A stretch of DNA of 64,000 nucleotides, taken from contig OZ176052.1 in NCBI GenBank assembly GCA_964247055.1, forward strand, positions 13,826,001 to 13,890,000, read 5' to 3'. Shown in pieces: positions 1-11,559 of the stretch (position 1 is its first letter; the number at the start of each line of letters is the position of its first letter). A program made the translations under genes and the position numbers. A model generated the notes under the pieces. That model did no database searches. It worked only from the letters and a program-made list of their open reading frames with translations, and had not been told where the DNA came from. This stretch comes from Paragordius varius. Lineage: Eukaryota > Animalia > Nematomorpha.

Positions 1-36
1 TCAAAAAAATTACATTTATACTCCGATCTCGACAAT

Positions 37-105
37 ATTTGGGGTGATGATGGAACTACCATAGGGCTACCCAAAAAAAATTATGGCGACATCACCTGAT
101 CAAAT
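37..105. repeat. Imperfect long inverted repeat in each monomer (atttgg-g-ggtgatg ... catcacc-tga-tcaaat); first copy shown
   Basis: ggtgatg (43-49) is the exact reverse complement of catcacc (90-96). atttgg (37-42) pairs with tcaaat (100-105), with one G-T pair. Confidence 0.85.
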
Positions 106-122
106 TTGGATTTTAGGTAGCC
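65..122. repeat. 12-bp inverted repeat in each monomer (ggctacccaaaa / ttttaggtagcc, 11/12 complementary); first copy shown
   Basis: 65-76 versus 111-122, with a single mismatch (C72/A115). Confidence 0.9.
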
Positions 123-150
123 ATTTTTATTTTTAAAATCGTATAAAATA

Positions 151-174
151 AATTTTTTAAATATTTAAAAAATT
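151..174. repeat. Perfect 24-bp AT-only palindrome AATTTTTTAAATATTTAAAAAATT, once per monomer; first copy shown
   Basis: 151-174 reads identically on both strands (checked base by base). Confidence 0.97.
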
Positions 175-200
175 CATAAAAATTACATTTATGGTCCGAT

Positions 201-217
201 CCCCAAAATATTTGGGG
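201..217. repeat. Short hairpin ccccaaa-ata-tttgggg, present only in the 'gatcccc' monomer class; first copy shown
   Basis: 7-bp perfect arms with a 3-nt loop. It is broken in the 'gatctcg' monomers. Confidence 0.9.
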
Positions 218-3200
218 TGATGATGGAACTACTATAGGGCTCCCCAAAAAAAATTATGGCGACATCACCTGATCAAATTTGGATTTTAGGTAGCCATTTT
301 TATTTTTAAAATCGTATAAAATAAATTTTTTAAATATTTAAAAAATTCAAAAAAATTACATTTATACTCCGATCTCGACAATATTTGGGGTGATGATGGA
401 ACTACCATAGGGCTACCCAAAAAAAATTATGGTGACATCACCTGATCAAATTTGGATTTTAGGTAGCCATTTTTATTTTTAAAATCGTATAAAATAAATT
501 TTTTAAATATTTAAAAAATTCATAAAAATTACATTTATACTCCGATCCCCAAAATATTTGGGGTGATGATGGAACTACCATATGGCTACCCAAAAAATTA
601 TAGTGACATCACCTGATCAAATTTGGATTTTAGGTAGCCATTTTTATTTTTAAAATCGTATAAAATAAATTTTTTAAATATTTAAAAAATTCATAAAAAT
701 TACATTTATACTCCGATCTCGAAAATATTTGGGGTGATGATGGAACTACCATAGGGCTACCCAAAAAAAATTATGGTGACATCACCTGATCAAATTTGGA
801 TTTTAGGTAGCCATTTTTATTTTTAAAATCGTATAAAATAAATTTTTTAAATATTTAAAAAATTCATAAAAATTACATTTATGGTCCGATCCCCAAAATA
901 TTTGGGGTGATGATGGAACTACTATAGGGCTCCCCAAAAAAAATTATGGCGACATCACCTGATCAAATTTGGATTTTAGGTAGCCATTTTTATTTTTAAA
1001 ATCGTATAAAATAAATTTTTTAAATATTTAAAAAATTCATAAAAATTACATTTATACTCCGATCTCGAAAATATTTGGGGTGATGATGGAACTACCATAG
1101 GGCTACCCAAAAAAATTATGGTGACATCACCTGATCAAATTTGGATTTTAGGTAGCCATTTTTATTTTTAAAATCGTATAAAATAAATTTTTTAAATATT
1201 TAAAAAATTCATAAAAATTACATTTATAGTCCGATCCCCAAAATATTTGGGGTGATGATGGAACTACCATATAGCTACCCAAAAAAAATTATGGCGACAT
1301 CACCTGATCAAATTTGGATTTTAGGTAGCCATTTTTATTTTTAAAATCGTATAAAATAAATTTTTTAAATATTTAAAAAATTCATAAAAATTACATTTAT
1401 AGTCCGATCCCCAAAATATTTGGGGTGATGATGGAACTACCATAGGGCTACCCAAAAAAATTATAGTGACATCACCTGATCAAATTTGGATTTTAGGTAG
1501 CCATTTTTATTTTTAAAATCGTATAAAATAAATTTTTTAAATATTTAAAAAATTCATAAAAATTACATTTATACTCCGATCTCGAAAATATTTGGGGTGA
1601 TGATGGAACTACCATAGGGCTACCCAAAAAAAATTATGGTGACATCACCTGATCAAATTTGGATTTTAGGTAGCCATTTTTATTTTTAAAATCGTATAAA
1701 ATAAATTTTTTAAATATTTAAAAAATTTATAAATATTACATTTATAGTCCGATCCCCAAAATATTTGGGGTGATGATGGAACTACCATAGGGCTACCCAA
1801 AAAAAATTATGGCGACATCACCTGATCAAATTTGGATTTTAGGTAGCCATTTTTATTTTTAAAATCGTATAAAATAAATTTTTTAAATATTTAAAAAATT
1901 CAAAAAAATTACATTTATACTCCGATCTCGACAATATTTGGGGTGATGATGGAACTACCATAGGGCTACCCAAAAAAAATTATAGTGACATCACCTGATC
2001 AAATTTGGATTTTAGGTAGCCATTTTTATTTTTAAAATCGTATAAAATAAATTTTTTAAATATTTAAAAAATTCATAAAAATTACATTTATAGTCCGATC
2101 CCCAAAATATTTGGGGTGATGATGGAACTACCATAGGGCTACGTAAAAAAAATTATGGCGACATCACCTGATCAAATTTGGATTTTAGGTAGCCATTTTT
2201 ATTTTTTATATCGTATAAAATAAATTTTTTAAATATTTAAAAAATTCATAAAAATTACATTTATAGTCCGATCCCCAAAATATTTGGGGTGATGATGAAC
2301 TACCATAGGGCTACCCAAAAAAAATTATGGTGACATCACCTGATCAAATTTGGATTTTAGGTAGCCATTTTTATTTTTAAAATCGTATAAAATAAATTTT
2401 TTAAATATTTAAAAAATTCATAAAAATTACATTTATACTCCGATCTCGAAAATATTTGGGGTGATGATGGAACTACCATAGGGCTACCCAAAAAAAATTA
2501 TGGTGACATCACCTGATCAAATTTGGATTTTAGGTAGCCATTTTTATTTTTAAAATCGTATAAAATAAATTTTTTAAATATTTAAAAAATTTATAAAAAT
2601 TACATTTAGAGTCCGATCCCCAAAGTATTTGGGGTGATGATGGAACTACCATAGGGCTACGTAAAAAAAATTATGGCGACATCACCTGATCAAATTTGGA
2701 TTTTAGGTAGCCATTTTTATTTTTAAAATCGTATAAAATAAATTTTTTAAATATTTAAAAAATTCATAAAAATTACATTTATACTCCGATCTCGAAAATA
2801 TTTGGGGTGATGATGGAACTACCATAGGGCTACCCAAAACAAATTATGGTGACATCACCTGATCAAATTTGGATTTTAGGTAGCCATTTTTATTTTTAAA
2901 ATCGTATAAAATAAATTTTTTAAATATTTAAAAAATTCAAAAAAATTACATTTATACTCCGATCTCGACAATATTTGGGGTGATGATGGAACTACCATAG
3001 GGCTACCCAAAAAAAATTATGGTGACATCACCTGATCAAAATTGGATTTTAGGTAGCCATTTTTATTTTTAAAATCGTATAAAATAAATTTTTTAAATAT
3101 TTAAAAAATTCATAAAAATTACATTTATACTCCGATCTCGAAAATATTTGGGGTGATGATGGAACTACCATAGGGCTACCCAAAACAAATTTTGGTGACA

Positions 3201-6200
3201 TCACCTGATCAAATTTGGATTTTAGGTAGCCATTTTTATTTTTAAAATCGTATAAAATAAATTTTTTAAATATTTAAAAAATTCAAAAAAATTACATTTA
3301 TACTCCGATCTCGACAATATTTGGGGTGATGATGGAACTACCATAGGGCTACCCAAAAAAATTTAGGTGACATCACCTGATCAAATTTGGATTTTAGGTA
3401 GCCATTTTTATTTTTAAAATCGTATAAAATAAATTTTTTAAATATTTAAAAAATTCATAAAAATTACATTTATACTCCGATCTCAAAAATATTTGGGGTG
3501 ATGATGGAACTACCATAGGGCTACCCAAAAAAAATTATGGTGACATCACCTGATCAAATTTGGATTTTAGGTAGCCATTTTTATTTTTAAAATCGTATAA
3601 AATAAATTTTTTAAATATTTAAAAAATTCATAAAAATTACATTTATAGTCCGATCCCCAAAATATTTGGGGTGATGATGGAACTACCATAGGGCTACCCA
3701 AAAAAAATTATGGCGACATCACCTGATCAAATTTGGATTTTAGGTAGCCATTTTTATTTTTAAAATCGTATAAAATAAATTTTTTAAATATTTAAAAAAT
3801 TCATAAAAATTACATTTATAGTCCGATCCCCAAAATATTTGGGGTGATGATGGAACTACCATAGGGCTACCCAAAAAAAATTATGGTGACATCACCTGAT
3901 CAAATTTGGATTTTAGGTAGCCATTTTTATTTTTAAAATCGTATAAAATAAATTTTTCAAATATTTAAAAAATTCATAAAAATTACATTTATACTCCGAT
4001 CTCGAAAATATTTGGGGTGATGATGGAACTACCATAGGGCTACCCAAAAAAAATTATGGTGACATCACCTGATCAAATTTGGATTTTAGGTAGCCATTTT
4101 TATTTTTAAAATCGTATAAAATAAATTTTTTAAATATTTAAAAAATTTATAAAAATTACATTTAGAGTCCGATCCCCAAAGTATTCGGGGTGATGATGGA
4201 ACTACCATAGGGCTACGTAAAAAAAATTATGGCGACATCACCTGATCAAATTTGGATTTTAGGTAGCCATTTTTATTTTTAAAATCGTATAAAATAAATT
4301 TTTTAAATATTTAAAAAATTCATAAAAATTACATTTATACTCCGATCTCGAAAATATTTGGGGTGATGATGGAACTACCATAGGGCTACCCAAAACAAAT
4401 TATGGTGACATCACCTGATCAAATTTGGATTTTAGGTAGAAATTTTTATTTTTAAAATCGTATAAAATAAATTTTTTAAATATTTAAAAAATTCATAAAA
4501 ATTACATTTATAGTCCGATCCCCAAAATATTTGGGGTGATGATGGAACTACCATAGGGCTACCCAAAAAAATTATAGTGACATCACCTGATCAAATTTGG
4601 ATTTTAGGTAGCCATTTTTATTTTTAAAATCGTATAAAATAAATTTTTTAAATATTTAAAAAATTCATAAAAATTACATTTATAGTCCGATCCCCAAAGT
4701 ATTTGGGGTGATGATGGAACTACCATAGGGCTACCCAAAAAAAATTATGGTGACATCACCTGATCAAATTTGGATTTTAGGTAGCCATTTTTATTTTTAA
4801 AATCGTATAAAATAAATTTTTTAAATATTTAAAAAATTCATAAAAATTACATTTATAGTCCGATCCCCAAAGTATTTGGGGTGATGATGGAACTACCATA
4901 GGGCTACCCAAAAAAAATTATCGCGACATCACCTGATCAAATTTGGATTTTAGGTAGCCATTTTTATTTTTAAAATCGTATAAAATAAATTTTTTAAATA
5001 TTTAAAAAATTCATAAAAATTACATTTATACTCCGATCTCGAAAATATTTGGGGTGATGATGGAACTACCATAGGGCTACCCAAAAAAATTATAGTGACA
5101 TCACCTGATCAAATTTGGATTTTAGGTAGCTATTTTTATTTTTAAAATCGTATAAAATAAATTTTTTAAATAAAAAATTCATAAAAATTACATTTATAGT
5201 CCGATCCCCAAAATATTTGGGGTGATGATGGAACTACTATAGGGCTACCTAAAAAAAATTATGGCGACATCACCTGATCAAATTTGGATTTTAGGTAGCC
5301 ATTTTTATTTTTAAAATCGTATAAAATAAATTTTTTAAATATTTAAAAAATTCATAAAAATTACATTTATAGTCCGATCCCCAAAATATTTGGGGTGATG
5401 ATGGAACTACTATAGGGCTACCCATTAAAAATTATGGCGACATCACCTGATCAAATTTGGATTTTAGGTAGCCATTTTTATTTTTAAAATCGTATAAAAT
5501 AAATTTTTTAAATATTTAAAAAATTCATAAAAATTACATTTATAGCCCGATCCCCAAAGTATTCGGGGTGATGATGGAACTACCATAGGGCTACCCAAAA
5601 AAAATTATGGCGACATCACCTGATCAAATTTGGATTTTAGGTAGCCATTTTTATTTTTAAAATCGTTTAAAATAAATTTTTTAAATATTTAAAAAATTCA
5701 TAAAAATTACATTTATACTCCGATCTCGAAAATATTTGGGGTGATGATGGAACTACCATAGAGCTACCCCAAAAAAATTATAGTGACATCACCTGATCAA
5801 ATTTGGATTTTAGGTAGCCATTTTTATTTTTAAAATCGTATAAAATAAATTTTTTAAATATTTAAAAAATTCATAAAAATTACATTTATAGTCCGATCTC
5901 CAAAATATTTGGGGTGATGATGGAACTACCATAGGGCTACCCAAAAAAAATTATGGCGACATCACCTGATCAAATTTGGATTTTAGGTAGCCATTTTTAT
6001 TTTTAAAATCGTATAAAATAAATTTTTTAAATATTTAAAAAATTCATAAAAATTACATTTATAGTCCGATCCCCAAAATATTTGTAGTGATGATGGAACT
6101 ACCATAGGGCTACGCAAATAAAATTATGGTGACATCACCTGATCAAATTTGGATTTTAGGTAGCCATTTTTATTTTTAAAATCGTATAAAATAAATTTTT

Positions 6201-7099
6201 TAAATATTCATAAAAATTACATTTATAGTCCGATCCCCAAAATATTTGTGGTGATGATGGAACTACCATAGGTCTACGCAAAAAAAATTATGGCGACATC
6301 ATTTGATCAAATTTGGATTTTAGGTAGCCATTTTTATTTTTAAAATCGTATAAAATAAATTTTTTAAATATTTAAAAAATTCATAAAAATTACATTTATA
6401 GTCCGATCCCCAAAATATTTGTAGTGATGATGGAACTACCATAGGGCTACCCAAAAAAAATTATGGCGACATCACCTGATCAAATTTGGATTTTAGGTAG
6501 CCATTTTTATTTTTAAAATCGTATAAAATAAATTTTTTAAATATTTAAAAAATTCATAAAAATTACATTTATACTCCGATCTCGAAAATATTTGGGGTGA
6601 TGATGGAACTACCATAGAGCTACCCCAAAAAAATTATAGTGACATCACCTGATCAAATTTGGATTTTAGATAGCCATTTTTATTTTTAAAATCGTATAAA
6701 ATAAATTTTTTAAATATTTAAAAAATTCATAAAAATTACATTTATAGTCCGATCTCCAAAATATTTGGGGTGATGATGGAACTACCATAGGGCTACCCAA
6801 AAAAAATTATGGCGACATCACCTGATCAAATTTGATTTTAGGTAGCCATTTTTATTTTTAAAATCGTAAAAAATAAATTTTTTAAATATTTAAAAAATTC
6901 ATAAAAATTACATTTATACTCCGATCTCGAAAATATTTGGGGTGATGATGGAACTACCATAGGGCTACCCAAAAAAATTATAGTGACATCACCTGATCAA
7001 ATTTGGATTTTAGGTAGCCATTTTTATTTTTAAAATCGTATAAAATAAATTTTTTAAATATTTAAAAAATTCATAAAAATTACATTTATAGTCCGATCC

Positions 7100-9100
7100 C
7101 CAAAATATTTGGGGTGATGATGGAACTACTATAGGGCTACCCAAAAAAAATTATGGCGACATCACCTGATCAAATTTGGATTTTAGGTAGCCATTTTTAT
7201 TTTTAAAATCGTATAAAATAAATTTTTTAAATATTTAAAAAATTCATAAAAATTACATTTATAGTCCGATCCCCAAAATATTTGGGGTGATGATGGAACT
7301 ACTATAGGGCTCCCCAAAAAAAATTATGGCGACATCACCTGATCAAATTTGGATTTTAGGTAGCCATTTTTATTTTTAAAATCGTATAAAATATATTTTT
7401 TAAATATTTAAAAAATTCATAAAAATTACATTTATAGTCCGATCCCCAAAGTATTCGGGGTGATGATGGAACTACCATAGGGCTACCCAAAAAAAATTAT
7501 GGCGACATCACCTGATCAAATTTGGATTTTAGGTAGCCATTTTTATTTTTAAAATCGTTTAAAATAAATTTTTTAAATATTTAAAAAATTCATAAAAATT
7601 ACATTTATACTCCGATCTCGAAAATATTTGGGGTGATGATGGAACTACCATAGAGCTACCCCAAAAAAATTATAGTGACATCACCTGATCAAATTTGGAT
7701 TTTAGGTAGCCATTTTTATTTTTAAAATCGTATAAAATAAATTTTTTAAATATTTAAAAAATCCATAAAAATTACATTTATAGTCCGATCCCCAAAATAT
7801 TTGGGGTGATGATGGAACTACCATAGGGCTACCCAAAAAAAATTATGGCGACATCACCTGATCAAATTTGGATTTTAAGTAGCCATTTTTATTTTTAAAA
7901 TCGTATAAAATAAATTTTTTAAATATTTAAAAAATTCATAAAAATTACATTTATAGTCCGATCCGCAAAATATTTGGGGTGATGATGGAACTACCATAGG
8001 GCTACGCAAAAAAAATTATGGTGACATCACCTGATCAAATATGGATTTTTGGTAGCCATTTTTATTTTTAAAATCGTATAAAATAAATTTTTTAAATATT
8101 TAAAAAATTCATAAAAATTACATTTATAGTCCGATCCCCAAAATATTTGGGGTGATGATGGAACTACTATAGGGCTACCCAAAAAAAATTATGGCGACAT
8201 CACCTGATCAAATTTGGATTTTAGGTAGCCATTTTTATTTTTAAAATCGTATAAAATAAATTTTTTAAATATTTAAAAAATTCATAAAAATTACATTTAT
8301 AGTCCGATCCCCAAAATATTTGGGGTGATGATGGAACTACTATAGGGCTCCCCAAAAAAAATTATGGCGACATCACCTGATCAAATTTGGATTTTAGGTA
8401 GCCATTTTTATTTTTAAAATCGTATAAAATATATTTTTTAAATATTTAAAAAATTCATAAAAATTACATTTATAGTCCGATCCCCAAAGTATTCGGGGTG
8501 ATGATGGAACTACCATAGGGCTACCCAAAAAAAATTATGGCGACATCACCTGATCAAATTTGGATTTTAGGTAGCCATTTTTATTTTTAAAATCGTTTAA
8601 AATAAATTTTTTAAATATTTAAAAAATTCATAAAAATTACATTTATACTCCGATCTCGAAAATATTTGGGGTGATGATGGAACTACCATAGAGCTACCCC
8701 AAAAAAATTATAGTGACATCACCTGATCAAATTTGGATTTTAGGTAGCCATTTTTATTTTTAAAATCGTATAAAATAAATTTTTTAAATATTTAAAAAAT
8801 TCATAAAAATTACATTTATAGTCCGATCCCCAAAATATTTGGGGTGATGATGGAACTACCATAGGGCTACCCAAAAAAAATTATGGCGATATCACCTGAT
8901 CAAATTTGGATTTTAAGTAGCCATTTTTATTTTTAAAATCGTATAAAATAAATTTTTTAAATATTTAAAAAATTCATAAAAATTACATTTATAGTCCGAT
9001 CCCCATATTTGGGGTGATGATGGAACTACCATAGGGCTACGCAAAAAAAATTATGGTGACATCACCTGATCAAATTTGGATTTTTGGTAGCCATTTTTAT
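7100..9100. repeat. 6-monomer (1,038-bp) tandem duplication, also seen at ~52,200-54,200 and partly again at ~10,100-11,500
   Basis: The marker 'aaatatattttt' is at 7394 and 8432 (1,038 apart), at 52486 and 53524 (1,038 apart), and at 11013. The monomer order repeats: actat / ctcccc / agtattcgg+cgtttaa / agagct / taagt / ctacgc. Confidence 0.85.
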
Positions 9101-11559
9101 TTTTAAAATCGTATAAAATAAATTTTTTAAATATTTAAAAAATTCAAAAAAATTACATTTATACTCCGATCTCGACAATATTTGGGGTGATGATGGAACT
9201 ACCATAGGGCTACCCAAAAAAATTATGGTGATATCACCTGATCAAATTTGGATTTTAGGTAGCCATTTTTATTTTTAAAATCGTATAAAATAAATTTTTT
9301 AAATATTTAAAAAATTCATAAAAATTACATTTATACTCCGATCCCCAAAATATTTGGGGTGATGATGGAACTACTATAGGGCTACCCAAAAAAAATTATG
9401 GCGACATCACCTGATCAAATTTGGATTTTAGGTAGCCATTTTTATTTTTAAAATCGTATAAAATAAATTTTTTAAATATTTAAAAAATTCATAAAAATTA
9501 CATTTATACTCCGATCTCGAAAATATTTGGGGTGATGATGAAACTACCATAGGGCTACATTATGGTGACATCACCTGATCAAATTTGGATTTTAGGTAGC
9601 CATTTTTATTTTTAAAATCGTATAAAATAAATTTTTTAAATATTTAAAAAATTCATAAAAATTACATTTATAGTCCGATCCCCAAAATATTTGGGGTGAT
9701 GATGGAACTACCATAGGGCTACCCAAAAATAATTATGGCGACATCACCTGATCAAATTTGGATTTTAGGTAGCCATTTTTATTTTTAAAATCGTATAAAA
9801 TAAATTTTTTAAATATTTAAAAAATTCATAAAAATTACATTTATACTCCGATCCCCAAAATATTTGGGGTGATGATGGAACTACTATAGGGCTACCCAAA
9901 AAAAATTATGGCGACATCACCTGATCAAATTTGGATTTTAGGTAGCCATTTTTATTTTTAAAATCGTATAAAATAAATTTTTTAAATATTTAAAAAATTC
10001 ATAAAAATTACATTTATACTCCGATCTCGAAAATATTTGGGGTGATGATGGAATACCATAGGGCTACCCAAAAAAAATTATGGCGACATCACCTGATCAA
10101 ATTTGGAATTTAGGTAGCCATTTTTATTTTTAAAATCGTTTAAAATAAATTTTTTAAATATTTAAAAAATTCATAAAAATTACATTTATACTCCGATCTC
10201 GAAAATATTTGGGGTGATGATGGAACTACCATAGAGCTACCCCAAAAAAATTATAGTGACATCACCTGATCAAATTTGGATTTTAGGTAGCCATTTTTAT
10301 TTTTAAAATCGTATAAAATAAATTTTTTAAATATTTAAAAAATCTATAAAAATTACATTTATAGTCCGATCCCCAAAATATTTGGGGTGATGATGGAACT
10401 ACCATAGGGCTACCCAAAAAAAATTATGGCGACATCACCTGATCAAATTTGGATTTTAAGTAGCCATTTTTATTTTTAAAATCGTATAAAATAAATTTTT
10501 TAAATATTTAAAAAATTCATAAAAATTACATTTATAGTCCGATCCCCAAAATATTTGGGGTGATGATGGAACTACCATAGGGCTACGCAAAAAAAATTAT
10601 GGTGACATCACCTGATCAAATATGGATTTTTGGTAGCCATTTTTATTTTTAAAATCGTATAAAATAAATTTTTTAAATATTTAAAAAATTCATAAAAATT
10701 ACATTTATAGTCCGATCCCCAAAATATTTGGGGTGATGATGGAACTACTATAGGGCTACCCAAAAAAAATTATGGCGACATCACCTGATCAAATTTGGAT
10801 TTTAGGTAGCCATTTTTATTTTTAAAATCGTATAAAATAAATTTTTTAAATATTTAAAAAATTCATAAAAATTACATTTATAGTCCGATCCCCAAAATAT
10901 TTGGGGTGATGATGGAACTACTATAGGGCTCCCCAAAAAAAATTATGGCGACATCACCTGATCAAATTTGGATTTTAGGTAGCCATTTTTATTTTTAAAA
11001 TCGTATAAAATATATTTTTTAAATATTTAAAAAATTCATAAAAATTACATTTATAGTCCGATCCCCAAAGTATTCGGGGTGATGATGGAACTACCATAGG
11101 GCTACCCAAAAAAAATTATGGCGACATCACCTGATCAAATTTGGATTTTAGGTAGCCATTTTTATTTTTAAAATCGTTTAAAATAAATTTTTTAAATATT
11201 TAAAAAATTCATAAAAATTACATTTATACTCCGATCTCGAAAATATTTGGGGTGATGATGGAACTACCATAGAGCTACCCCAAAAAAATTATAGTGACAT
11301 CACCTGATCAAATTTGGATTTTAGGTAGCCATTTTTATTTTTAAAATCGTATAAAATAAATTTTTTAAATATTTAAAAAATTCATAAAAATTACATTTAT
11401 AGTCCGATCCCCATATTTGGGGTGATGATGGAACTACCATAGGGCTACGCAAAAAAAATTATGGTGACATCACCTGATCAAATTTGGATTTTAGGTAGCC
11501 ATTTTTATTTTTAAAATCGTATAAAATAAATTTTTTAAATATTTAAAAAATTCAAAAAA

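Noticed and set aside
41-86. G-quadruplex from gggg/gg/ggg/gg runs
   Set aside because: Only two runs have three or more G and the loops are long, so this is at best a weak two-tier motif.
96-102. Hammerhead ribozyme core (CUGAnGA), known from some satellites
   Set aside because: The sequence is CTGATCA (conserved G8 missing) or GTGATGA (C3 missing). No GAAA follows a stem II, and there is no CTGAnGA on the minus strand.
25-109. Internal sub-repeat (gatc..aaa..tttgg at 25-42 and 98-109; cccaaaa..ggtga at 29-47 and 70-89)
   Set aside because: The matches are short, low-complexity and partly explained by the inverted repeats, so no consistent sub-period can be shown by eye.
113-117. Insect telomere word TTAGG
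   Set aside because: It is a single 5-mer per monomer and never tandem.
47-136. Tiny ORFs in each monomer: ATG at 47 (MMELP*) and ATG at 83 (MATSPDQIWILGSHFYF*)
   Set aside because: They are only 5 and 17 codons long. Stops close all three + frames (TAA at 134, 144, 166) and all three - frames (TTA at 113, 133, 165) in every monomer, so no protein-coding gene is supportable.
1-173. Assignment to a named satellite or species (human alpha satellite, Arabidopsis CEN178, Drosophila 1.688, Rsp-like or 172-bp repeats)
   Set aside because: I see no similarity to the first three as I recall them, and I cannot verify the others without BLAST. Similar length alone is not evidence.
142-180. TATAAAA followed by an Inr-like TCAT in each monomer
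   Set aside because: The spacing is 34 nt rather than about 30-31 and the Inr match is partial. Such words are expected by chance in a 94% AT segment.
5541-5575. CENP-B box near the 'tattcgggg' variants
   Set aside because: It does not fit TTCGnnnnAnnCGGG on either strand.
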